A stretch of DNA of 64,000 bases from a virus: IMG/VR virus record IMGVR_UViG_3300031418_000004. One strand, given 5' to 3'. The translations under genes were made by a program, and so were the position numbers. The notes beneath the pieces are model-generated. The model had not been told where the DNA came from. It did not search any database and worked only from the letters and a program-made list of their open reading frames with translations. The stretch's first letter is position 1; each line of letters opens with the position of its first letter. Shown here piece after piece: positions 9,021-16,967 of the stretch.

Positions 9021-9608
9021 ATGGATCTTTCATCTATTGGGTACACGCCAAAAGACTTTCGTGTAATACCAGTACACGGCAAATCGCTGCTTGGAGATTT
9101 TACCAAAAAGCAATTTCGAATTTTAGCTGTTGAGTGCAACGCGAGAGGATCTTACAGTAGTCCTCTCCAGACGCGACTCAAATCTATCTTTCCAAAATTG
9201 AAGGAGGACAAAATTCTCAGCAAGCAGGATCGATCACTGTTAGGCACTGTGCATTTGACCGACGTTCATTTTCAAGGAAAAGGTCACGGCATAATTGCTA
9301 ACATGTTTATCTCATCCGGCTACGGTCTAGGTCGCTCTGGTTCAAATCGGGGCCAGAATCCAGTTAACCGTTTTAGTGAAAAGTTTTTGAGTAGCTCGTT
9401 CGATGCACTGATTGAAGAACTCCGAAAAAGGAATATCAATCCGGATCGACAGATTGCTGTTCAACGTTTCTATGGCGGCTTGGGCGGTGTTGAGTGGGAA
9501 GCAGTACAAACAGTTTTAGATGCAGTGTGCGAAAAACACGGTATCAATATTCTGGCGTACCTTCCTGAAAACTACAACACTGGCTTTGTTCGCGGTTCTC
9601 ACAACTGA
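9021..9608 (+). CDS. macro-domain-like protein (phage Macro_2 type) with a divergent first Gly-rich loop
   Basis: The blocks RILAVECNARG....FPKL, LLGTVHLTDV, IIANMFISSGYG and QIAVQRFYGGLGGVEWEAV match, in order, the pattern I recall for phage macro proteins (IAHQVNCQGVMG..YP, LG.v.iv, iaNlFgQ.gyG, iAmP.kiGCGLAGGdW). Confidence 0.5.
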   Translation: MDLSSIGYTPKDFRVIPVHGKSLLGDFTKKQFRILAVECNARGSYSSPLQTRLKSIFPKLKEDKILSKQDRSLLGTVHLTDVHFQGKGHGIIANMFISSGYGLGRSGSNRGQNPVNRFSEKFLSSSFDALIEELRKRNINPDRQIAVQRFYGGLGGVEWEAVQTVLDAVCEKHGINILAYLPENYNTGFVRGSHN

Positions 9609-9617
9609 GGAAATGTT

Positions 9618-9932
9618 ATGATCCGAAACTTGGAATTTATAGCATTTGGAAACGAATCTGAAACTGAACAGGAGTTGATTGAATCTGTTTCTTGGGATAC
9701 CGAACTTGGTTTCGTAACCATTGGCTTTCGTGCTAATGCTGCGAATGTTATCGAAGCACTCCAAAAGAACGAACGCTTTTTCGCGCAGTCGTCGGAAGGT
9801 ATTTATCAAGTTCAATATTTTTGTCCTTTCCGGTTTTTGGTTCCTGCGTACGGAAACAACATTAAGTTGCTTACGCTAGGATTAAAATCAGTCTCTTTTC
9901 ATCGCAACCAATTTGTTGCGGTGGTGGAATAA
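9618..9932 (+). CDS. hypothetical protein
   Basis: SD GAGGAA. 104-aa ORF in the operon. Confidence 0.55.
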   Translation: MIRNLEFIAFGNESETEQELIESVSWDTELGFVTIGFRANAANVIEALQKNERFFAQSSEGIYQVQYFCPFRFLVPAYGNNIKLLTLGLKSVSFHRNQFVAVVE

Positions 9933-9937
9933 TTACA

Positions 9938-10576
9938 ATGTTTGATAAAAAGCAAATTCTTAAACTACTCTCTGGAATGGACTTGTCGAGCTATGCAAAA
10001 CCCTCGGAAGAATATATCGAAGAGATTCTTTCGCACGGCAAAACTCGTATGCTTTCAAATCTGGATACGAAACTTGATTCCGAAAGCGTGAACTTTTTCA
10101 CGTTCTGCTGGACTCAGGTAGGCCGCTTTGGTTTTAGTAACCTGAACGCAATTGAGATCGGATACATCGCTCATTTGCCGCCTATTTATGTTGCGTGTGC
10201 TATTCATCGGCACGGCATGGAATGGGCTGTTAAGTTGCTTCACATGAAACGTGTCACAATGGTTGACCGTGGAATGTTTTCTATCGTGAAAGCAGGAAGC
10301 AATTTCTTTTCAGTGTTTGATTTAGATCGACAGTTATTGTCGGCACCAACAAACAAACTTGGATCTGAACTTCGCTCGTTGATTCGTTCGCGTAAAATCG
10401 CTGACCTTCGCTTTCGTTGTGAAGATAACGGTGGAAATATTTGCCGCTGGTTTGTGGAGCCGCCACACTTTTCTGTGCCTAGCACAAGCAAAAGCATTCC
10501 TGAAAAACGGGAAAAGAAAAAGGTAGACAAAGGTTCGTACAAGCCGCGACACAACGGCGTTGATGCGGATATTTAA
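9938..10576 (+). CDS. hypothetical protein with basic C-terminal tail
   Basis: SD GGTGGA. 212 aa. The tail contains EKREKKKVDKGSYKPRH. Confidence 0.6.
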   Translation: MFDKKQILKLLSGMDLSSYAKPSEEYIEEILSHGKTRMLSNLDTKLDSESVNFFTFCWTQVGRFGFSNLNAIEIGYIAHLPPIYVACAIHRHGMEWAVKLLHMKRVTMVDRGMFSIVKAGSNFFSVFDLDRQLLSAPTNKLGSELRSLIRSRKIADLRFRCEDNGGNICRWFVEPPHFSVPSTSKSIPEKREKKKVDKGSYKPRHNGVDADI

Positions 10577-10582
10577 ATCACA

Positions 10583-10606
10583 AGGGCGGCGCAGGTCGCC
10601 CTTTCT
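10583..10606 (+). terminator. hairpin terminator with a weak U-tract
   Basis: AGGGCGGC-GCAG-GTCGCCCT followed by TTCT. Confidence 0.45.
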
Positions 10607-10620
10607 ACAGGCGGTCATTT

Positions 10621-10941
10621 ATGATTAGCGACATTAGCGTAAACCATTACTATCAATCTCCAACCGGATTACCATTTCGCGTAAAGGAAATTGCAAGGCA
10701 TGGACAGGACTGTTCGCAGGCAATGATCGTATATGAAAACGTCGTGCCTACAAAAGATTATCCAGCGTTTGAAACTTGGGTGATCGCAGAGTCTGTGTTC
10801 CTGTCTCAATTTTCTGAATTTTCAGAAGGAACATACTATGCAAGAAACAACGCTCTTAGAGCATCTGAACAACAGAGGCTTGCGACAAGAGAAGCATTTC
10901 ATGTGGCTTTCTCCGACGAGCCTGACAGTACCGCTGTTTAG
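10621..10941 (+). CDS. DUF1653-like small protein
   Basis: YYQSPTGLPFRVKEIARHGQDCSQAMIVYENV...WVIAESVF resembles the DUF1653 pattern (Y.H.kg..Y.v...a.hse.....vvY...). The last ~100 nt overlap the next gene. Confidence 0.45.
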   Translation: MISDISVNHYYQSPTGLPFRVKEIARHGQDCSQAMIVYENVVPTKDYPAFETWVIAESVFLSQFSEFSEGTYYARNNALRASEQQRLATREAFHVAFSDEPDSTAV

Positions 10942-11348
10942 TTTTGATCGTGCGTTACGCGGTGTGCAGGTTTACACTCCGGACGCGCCAAAGAAACATC
11001 CCAATCCAAAAGAGTGTCGCTATTTCACACGGGCATTCGGTGGCAAACAGTTGGTGTGGGGAACGGAAATTATACCTAAACGGACAGACCGTATTTTTAA
11101 CTGAGTCCGTTTTCAAAGCGGCAGCATTGCACAACGTTGGTTTAAATGCGTGGTCGGTTCTCGGCAGTAAAGTGAACGCACAACTTTATCAGCAATTGAG
11201 ATTACTTGGTTTACGTTTTGTTTGCGTAGGCGATAACGATCCGGCTGGTGAAGAATTTGCGTGTACGTTTCGCGATGGAACAACTGCAAGGGATTTAGAC
11301 GAACTATCAAAAGAAGAATTGCTGGAGGTTGTTTCTCGATGGCTATGA
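10838..11348 (+). CDS. Toprim-domain (primase-like) protein, reading frame interrupted; a +1 change near 11094-11098 is needed
   Basis: Frame A (10838-11104) encodes LLEHLNNRGL...RYFTRAFGGKQLVWGTE. Frame B (to 11348) encodes VFLTESVFKAAAL (Toprim Glu) and VCVGDNDPAGEEF (DxD). Frame B upstream of the junction is Arg-rich junk. Confidence 0.6.
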
Positions 11349-11617
11349 TACTGACGAAAGAATTGATTGAAGAAAAGAACATTGAACTTGTTCCTGCACC
11401 AACCGTTGTATGCGACTGCACGAACAATTCGCCTTTGGACGTTCTGAACAATGTTTTGAACATTGATATTTATATCAAACCTAAAGAAAAGATCGTGCTT
11501 TGTTTTCGTTGCCTGTCTGCTTATGATATTTTAAAAGCACCACGTACAAAACAAAAGCGCCTCAATATCTTTGAGCCTGAATGTCCTGAGTGCGCTTGCC
11601 GACTTTACTTTAGTTAG
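11345..11617 (+). CDS. small Cys-rich protein
   Basis: The ATG overlaps the previous stop (ATGA). CDC...CFRC...CPECAC. Confidence 0.5.
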   Translation: MILTKELIEEKNIELVPAPTVVCDCTNNSPLDVLNNVLNIDIYIKPKEKIVLCFRCLSAYDILKAPRTKQKRLNIFEPECPECACRLYFS

Positions 11618-11625
11618 GAATAAAC

Positions 11626-12468
11626 ATGATTCACGCGAGTCCAATTAAGTTTCAAGGGAACAAGCGTCAATTGCTTCCTGCAATGATTCAGCTTCTTCCC
11701 ACTGGCTGCAAAAGAATGATTGATGCGTTTGGCGGTAGCGGCGTTGTTACTGCCAACATGCCTTTTGATTCCCGGCTTTATATTGAAAAGCATCCGCAAG
11801 TTTACGATGTGGTTCGCCATATTGCGCAGGCAGATCCCAAAGCAACCGTACGTCGCATCAAACGCACGTTAGCAAAGTGGGCGCTGACAAACAGCAATGA
11901 GCGTCAGTATGAAGATTTCAAAATTCATGCGAACAAGCAGGACGATCCGCTGCTGTTTTATATTCTGCATCGCCACGCACACAGCAACCTGCTTCGCTTT
12001 AATCTGAAAGGTGAGTTTAACACGCCTTTTGGTGATCGCGGTTTGCTGCATCGCATGGAAGAAGTGGAACGTGAAATAAATAAGTTCAGCGAGTTGATGC
12101 AAGGCGTACAATTCCACTGTGGAAGTTACACGCAGGTTATTGAAGAATTGCATCGCCGCAAACAGCTTAACGCAAAAACTTTCTTCTACTTTGATCCGCC
12201 TTATCTGGCGAGTGGCGCGAACACTTACGCAAAGTGGACAGAAGAAGATGAAATGCGTTTGCTTCGTAATTTAGAAGGGCTGACGAAACGAAATGTTCGT
12301 TGGATGTTGAGTAATGTCACGGAGCATCGGCACTTCAAAAACCAGCACCTGATAAAGTGGTTGAAGAAGAATCCTGTAAAGGTTCATAAGATAGACAAGC
12401 ATTACTGTCTGGCGAATTCCCATCGCGATTCGCACGGAACAAAAGAAGTCATCGTAACCAACTATTAG
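11626..12468 (+). CDS. dam: DNA N6-adenine methyltransferase (Dam / D12 class)
   Basis: FQGNKRQLLPAMIQLLP, motif I DAFGGSGVV and motif IV FYFDPPYLAS. Confidence 0.9.
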   Translation: MIHASPIKFQGNKRQLLPAMIQLLPTGCKRMIDAFGGSGVVTANMPFDSRLYIEKHPQVYDVVRHIAQADPKATVRRIKRTLAKWALTNSNERQYEDFKIHANKQDDPLLFYILHRHAHSNLLRFNLKGEFNTPFGDRGLLHRMEEVEREINKFSELMQGVQFHCGSYTQVIEELHRRKQLNAKTFFYFDPPYLASGANTYAKWTEEDEMRLLRNLEGLTKRNVRWMLSNVTEHRHFKNQHLIKWLKKNPVKVHKIDKHYCLANSHRDSHGTKEVIVTNY

Positions 12469-12480
12469 TGTGAGGCAATT

Positions 12481-12627
12481 ATGATTCGCTTTATCAAAAG
12501 TTGTGATAAAGATTTCATCCAAACTGTTGCACGTAGCCGTACCTTACGCGCCATTGTTTATGTGAGTCTGGCTGTTAACGCATTGGTACTGATCAATGCC
12601 GCTGTTGAAATCGCCGTTAAAGGTTAA
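12481..12627 (+). CDS. small membrane protein (48 aa), absent from the track because it is under 60 aa
   Basis: ATG after GAGG. MIRFIKSCDKDFIQTVARSRTLRAIVYVSLAVNALVLINAAVEIAVKG has one hydrophobic helix. It fills an otherwise 160-nt gap. Confidence 0.4.
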   Translation: MIRFIKSCDKDFIQTVARSRTLRAIVYVSLAVNALVLINAAVEIAVKG

Positions 12628-12632
12628 AACTT

Positions 12633-13340
12633 ATGTTAGAAGAACTGAGACTTATCTCTGCCGCAAGTTTGGGAAGTTTTGAAGCGTTTGCAAAGTGGCA
12701 TATCAATCTGAGCCGCACCAACGTTCCGTCTGAGGCGCAAGAGTTGGCAGTAATGTCTGCCTTACTTTTAGACCCGACGCAAAAGAATCTTCTCAATGAC
12801 ATTTGGCGCACTTATCATCTTGGTATTCCTAGCGCAAACCATCTGGTAAACATTTTTGTCTCTGCGCTGTGTTTCGATAACATTCGTGAAGTGATGGATC
12901 GCTATAACGGTATTGTTGAGCAGAAAGAAATCATCGACGCGTACGAACTCGGTGTTAACATCTGTGAAGACACGTTGCGATACAAAGCTGCGCGTAAATA
13001 TATTGATGCAACTATCGGTATGTACTGCGCTCTTTATTCAACGTACGGTGAAGAAGATCAGAATACTTGTATTGCGTTTCCCGGAAAGCCTGACATGAAT
13101 CCAATGTTGAGCGCCGTTATCGAAACTGCAAACACGCATTTGAAATACGGCGATCTGATTGTTGCAACAATGTCGCGCTATAACGATCCGGAACCAATCT
13201 ACAGCTATCCGATTTATGGTAGTGACAATCGCCAGCCTGTTATTCTTACCAATGCAGGCAGCATTTATCTTTTCACCAAACCGCCACGCAATGACACTGC
13301 GGCGAAATTTTTAAAAGTTGTAAGGAACAACGATGAGTAA
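12633..13340 (+). CDS. hypothetical protein
   Basis: 235-aa ORF in the operon. No motif. Confidence 0.6.
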   Translation: MLEELRLISAASLGSFEAFAKWHINLSRTNVPSEAQELAVMSALLLDPTQKNLLNDIWRTYHLGIPSANHLVNIFVSALCFDNIREVMDRYNGIVEQKEIIDAYELGVNICEDTLRYKAARKYIDATIGMYCALYSTYGEEDQNTCIAFPGKPDMNPMLSAVIETANTHLKYGDLIVATMSRYNDPEPIYSYPIYGSDNRQPVILTNAGSIYLFTKPPRNDTAAKFLKVVRNNDE

Positions 13341-13731
13341 GGTTGATGAAATTCTGGCACAAGCTGCTAAGAAAAATGTTGTAGAACTTTCAGAACGCAA
13401 CAGCGATATTGTTGCTGGCATTCCATTGGGTATGATTCTTACTGTGTCTGCTGTTACTCCTAACAGCGTTGGCATGGAGAACGTAACTCTGACTGCGCTG
13501 GATATGGAAATTGTTCTGCGCTCTGTTTCAAATATGAAAGTCGGACAGATGTACACCGTAGGAAAAGGAATTTTGATTCCTGCTACTCCTGCCAAAGAAG
13601 CCGATCCGATGGACGATATGGATTTCCTCGACAGTCTCGAAATCGACGAAGAGGCTATTGCGGCTAAGCAGGAAGGTGGCGGTGAAGCAATCGCAGAAGA
13701 CGACGCAGATTGCGAAGGCTGTAAAATCTAA
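13333..13731 (+). CDS. hypothetical protein with acidic C-terminus
   Basis: SD AAGGAA. 132 aa. Confidence 0.6.
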   Translation: MSKVDEILAQAAKKNVVELSERNSDIVAGIPLGMILTVSAVTPNSVGMENVTLTALDMEIVLRSVSNMKVGQMYTVGKGILIPATPAKEADPMDDMDFLDSLEIDEEAIAAKQEGGGEAIAEDDADCEGCKI

Positions 13732-13745
13732 AATCTGTAAATAAT

Positions 13746-13781
13746 AAATAGGCTGCTGGCATTTGCTGGTGGCCTATTTTC
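13746..13781 (+). terminator. rho-independent terminator, a near-duplicate of the element at 27664
   Basis: AAATAGGC TGCTGGC-ATTT-GCTGGTG GCCTATTT forms about 15 pairs. Four of them are G:U, so the stem works only in the + strand RNA. TTTT follows. Confidence 0.7.
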
Positions 13782-13800
13782 ATATTTGGGAGAAATTTCT

Positions 13801-14433
13801 ATGCAAAGAAATCCATTGGACGATTTCTATTTTGATTCTGATTTGGAAATCAACTTTATGGCGTATCTGCGTATGCGCTATGCAGGCGGTGAGTTGACTC
13901 GCGAAAACTTTTTCAAAGTGGTTTTCTTTGAGAATGAAATCGGGCCAACAGAACTCGACTTGATCATGCTTCACGATCTGCACGATTGCAAACCGTACGG
14001 CCTGCTGCAAGGCTTTAATCGTGGACGCAATTACGAAGAAGTTATTGAAGAAACTGTTGCAGCGTTTGAGCATTTCTACTCGCGCTGGCTGGCTACTCAT
14101 AACTTGCTTGTTGACTATCTGGTGAACGTTACTGATCGTGCTGAACATCTTACTTCTGTTCAGTGGAAGATCAACAAAGGTGTTCTGTGTTCGATGGTGC
14201 AAGAAAAGTATCCTAGCGATTGGAAAGATAAAATGGAAGTGATGTATCGCAAAGTAACGCAATACGGAATCCATTTGGGCGCACTGAAAAACATTGCAGG
14301 CACTTTGGTTATCGTTCCAAAAGTTCGTATGCACATGCTGCAAAACGAATTGCCTTTACGTGTTCGCGCACAGCACATCGTGTATCCTACCAACAAAGTT
14401 TCATTTTCCTCGGTGAAAACAGCCTTATGGTAA
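13801..14433 (+). CDS. hypothetical protein
   Basis: ATG 13801 after GGGAGAAA. 210 aa. Confidence 0.6.
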   Translation: MQRNPLDDFYFDSDLEINFMAYLRMRYAGGELTRENFFKVVFFENEIGPTELDLIMLHDLHDCKPYGLLQGFNRGRNYEEVIEETVAAFEHFYSRWLATHNLLVDYLVNVTDRAEHLTSVQWKINKGVLCSMVQEKYPSDWKDKMEVMYRKVTQYGIHLGALKNIAGTLVIVPKVRMHMLQNELPLRVRAQHIVYPTNKVSFSSVKTALW

Positions 14434-14813
14434 GTAAAAAAGAATCAGACAAAAATGCAGAACTTTTGCAGTTGCAGAATGATTACCTGACTGCGAAAGG
14501 TCTTACGCCGCGTGAGGGTTGGTGCGAAGGCGATGATTGCACAGAGTGGGTTAATCCTCTTGGCAATGTTCAATGGAACAGCGTAATGCCAGAAGTTTTC
14601 CGCGACTCAAACATTCTGCGCTTTGTTCGAAAGTATGAACTCAGCCTTGTGCGCAACATGCCGGATTGCTACACAGCGATCACTCCGAAAGGAATTCATG
14701 GTGGCGGCACTTGCCCTACCAGCGCAGTTCTTCGGGCAGTCATCAATCATTTAAATCAGGAAAAGCAAAACAATGAAAGCGCTACTGGTAACGGAACTCA
14801 ACAGCAATTCTAA
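14427..14813 (+). CDS. hypothetical protein
   Basis: 128-aa ORF with overlapping start and stop. Confidence 0.5.
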   Translation: MVSKKESDKNAELLQLQNDYLTAKGLTPREGWCEGDDCTEWVNPLGNVQWNSVMPEVFRDSNILRFVRKYELSLVRNMPDCYTAITPKGIHGGGTCPTSAVLRAVINHLNQEKQNNESATGNGTQQQF

Positions 14814-15519
14814 ATCCCTGCATACGTGGGTACAATTCGACGAACAACAAAACGCCGTGTTTGAAAGCATGGAACAATCTGTTGAGATCGACGGTAAGCG
14901 TATCGAAACTGTAAACGGAAGTATGTCGGGCCAGCCTGATATTAAACAGGCAGCGGTTTACGAACACGAAACTTTCTTTGATGCTGTTCGTTCAGTGGGT
15001 GGAAACAATTTCCGTGCGCTGAATGTTCAGGAACGTTCACAGCACTACGCAATGTTGGCAAGCGTGGTTATGCTGGCGAATGCTTCTAAGGCGCGTCGTC
15101 GCGGTTGTGCTGCGCTTATCGTTCGCAAAAGCTCTGCGTCTCGCACCAAAGGCGTTGCTTATGCAATCGCAAGTGGCGTTAACGGAACAGCGGCAGGCAA
15201 AGAAAATCTGTGTGAAGATCATTTGCTGACTGCAAGCAATCCCGGCGTACTTCACGCAGAAGTAAACGCACTTAATAATCTGTGTGGGCCAACAGGCAGC
15301 ACCGATGTTATGTATGTTACGGATAGTCCTTGTCCGTTCTGCCTTGAACACCTTCGTAATTATTCTGCGATTCGCACGATTGTTTTCTGTCGCGATTACC
15401 GCATTACGGATCACATGGCGGCGGCAAACGATTTCAAATTCATCTACATCCCACAATCGGAAGTTGAAGAGTACATTCAAAGTTCACTGAATCGCCTTCA
15501 CAACTTCCAAACAAACTAA
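14773..15519 (+). CDS. dCMP (deoxycytidylate) deaminase, zinc-dependent
   Basis: GVLHAEVNALNN (HAE motif) and SPCPFCLEHL (PCxxC). The start is uncertain because of a 41-nt overlap with the upstream gene. Confidence 0.85.
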   Translation: MKALLVTELNSNSKSLHTWVQFDEQQNAVFESMEQSVEIDGKRIETVNGSMSGQPDIKQAAVYEHETFFDAVRSVGGNNFRALNVQERSQHYAMLASVVMLANASKARRRGCAALIVRKSSASRTKGVAYAIASGVNGTAAGKENLCEDHLLTASNPGVLHAEVNALNNLCGPTGSTDVMYVTDSPCPFCLEHLRNYSAIRTIVFCRDYRITDHMAAANDFKFIYIPQSEVEEYIQSSLNRLHNFQTN

Positions 15520-15528
15520 GGTAAAGAT

Positions 15529-15990
15529 ATGGAACGAGTATTCAAGTGTCGTGGTTGTGGTCATCTTTACAATAGCATAGTTTCATCGTGCGACTGCAAT
15601 AATGAAAACTACCCAAAAGGCGGCAGCAAGTTCTGCTACGACGAATATGTTTGTCTGCCTGTCACGAAAAACTCGAAAGTCGTTCCTGTTGATGCTTTGG
15701 ATATTATGCCTGGCCATTGGCAAAATTCAGGCGAAATGATCACAACAGAAATTCGCGGCGCAATGGGTTTCTTTGCGCAGGTGAATCAAGTCGGAGAAAA
15801 TCTTTCTGACGAAGAAGTTGAGACGTTTCAAAACACGGTGCGCGTTATGGCAGGTAGCAAGTTAATGCTTGAAACTTTGTATGCCGTACGCGCCCATTTA
15901 AAGGCTCAATTGAATCGCGTCAAGTCTTCTCAGACACGCGATATGGTGGAGATAATCGACACAGCGATTGCAAACGCGATTACAAAATAA
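15529..15990 (+). CDS. hypothetical protein with N-terminal zinc ribbon
   Basis: CRGC...CDCN. 153 aa. Confidence 0.6.
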   Translation: MERVFKCRGCGHLYNSIVSSCDCNNENYPKGGSKFCYDEYVCLPVTKNSKVVPVDALDIMPGHWQNSGEMITTEIRGAMGFFAQVNQVGENLSDEEVETFQNTVRVMAGSKLMLETLYAVRAHLKAQLNRVKSSQTRDMVEIIDTAIANAITK

Positions 15991-16088
15991 AAACTGTAAA
16001 AAGTAAGTGTAAGACAGCAATATTCATTCGTTACGAAACAACCAAAAGTTGGCGTTAACTAATAATAAAATTCTACCGGAACCATTAA

Positions 16089-16967
16089 ATGAAAATCCTG
16101 AGCTACGCATTTATCGCAATCGCAATCCTCTATGCTTTGTTTTACGCGTATGGCGTTTACCGCCTCTGGAAATTTACGAAGTATGATGCAAAAGCGCGTC
16201 GTATGTGGGCACAAGGAAGTTTGATTAGCGGCAGTATCTGGAAGCATTACCGCAATCAAAAAGATTATGTGATCGAAGTTGTTTGTAACGGACTCGCGAA
16301 AGGTTACAAGTGGCCTTTGACTGTTGTTTATAGTCCGGTACATGGCGGTGGCGCAATTTATTCACGTCCGGCACATCGCTTTATCCGAAACTTCCGTTGT
16401 GTTGATATGACAAGCAACGCGGTTCCGAATGCAAGCCAAAAACTTAGCGCACTGGCAGCATACACTTTAAACCGTACAACGATTCCTGCTTGTGGATCAA
16501 AGTGGTTCCGCATGTTCCCATCGGACAAGCCTGAGATTCGTTTGGATGCAACTTCAACAACGTACCGCGAAATGGATATTGAATTCGCAATTGTTGAATC
16601 AGTTACCAACGTGAAATCTCCAACGCCGTTTGTTAACTATCGCGACGAGCACGGTTTGCTGCACACTGAAACTCTGTACAACTTCCGCGATAAGTTCAAG
16701 CAGGAACCAACTGATGCGAATCCGCCAGTTGAGAAATTTTTCCTGCAACCTGCAAACCTTGAAACTGTTCTGGCTTCTACCGTTAAAGACGGCGACACGC
16801 TGGAACTGTTGAAAGTATTCAACAACACTCTGCGGTTTGTATTCTGTGGAATCGAAATCGATCTGTTCGTAGAAACTAACGCAGGTTTCTACGAAGGTGA
16901 AAACTACCAGTTAAACGGTTCATTTTTAAATTTGAAGGAAGGCTATGAGCAACTCCAGACAGCTTGA
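16089..16967 (+). CDS. membrane-anchored hypothetical protein
   Basis: N-terminal hydrophobic helix ILSYAFIAIAILYALFYAYGVY. 292 aa. Confidence 0.6.
   Translation: MKILSYAFIAIAILYALFYAYGVYRLWKFTKYDAKARRMWAQGSLISGSIWKHYRNQKDYVIEVVCNGLAKGYKWPLTVVYSPVHGGGAIYSRPAHRFIRNFRCVDMTSNAVPNASQKLSALAAYTLNRTTIPACGSKWFRMFPSDKPEIRLDATSTTYREMDIEFAIVESVTNVKSPTPFVNYRDEHGLLHTETLYNFRDKFKQEPTDANPPVEKFFLQPANLETVLASTVKDGDTLELLKVFNNTLRFVFCGIEIDLFVETNAGFYEGENYQLNGSFLNLKEGYEQLQTA

Noticed and set aside
15991-16088. The longest + strand intergenic gap, checked for a tRNA, small RNA, terminator or promoter
   Set aside because: There is no cloverleaf-compatible pairing, only 4-bp stems, and no convincing -35/-10 pair at 16-18 nt spacing. 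Only the CTGTAAAAA heptamer stands out, and it is reported elsewhere.
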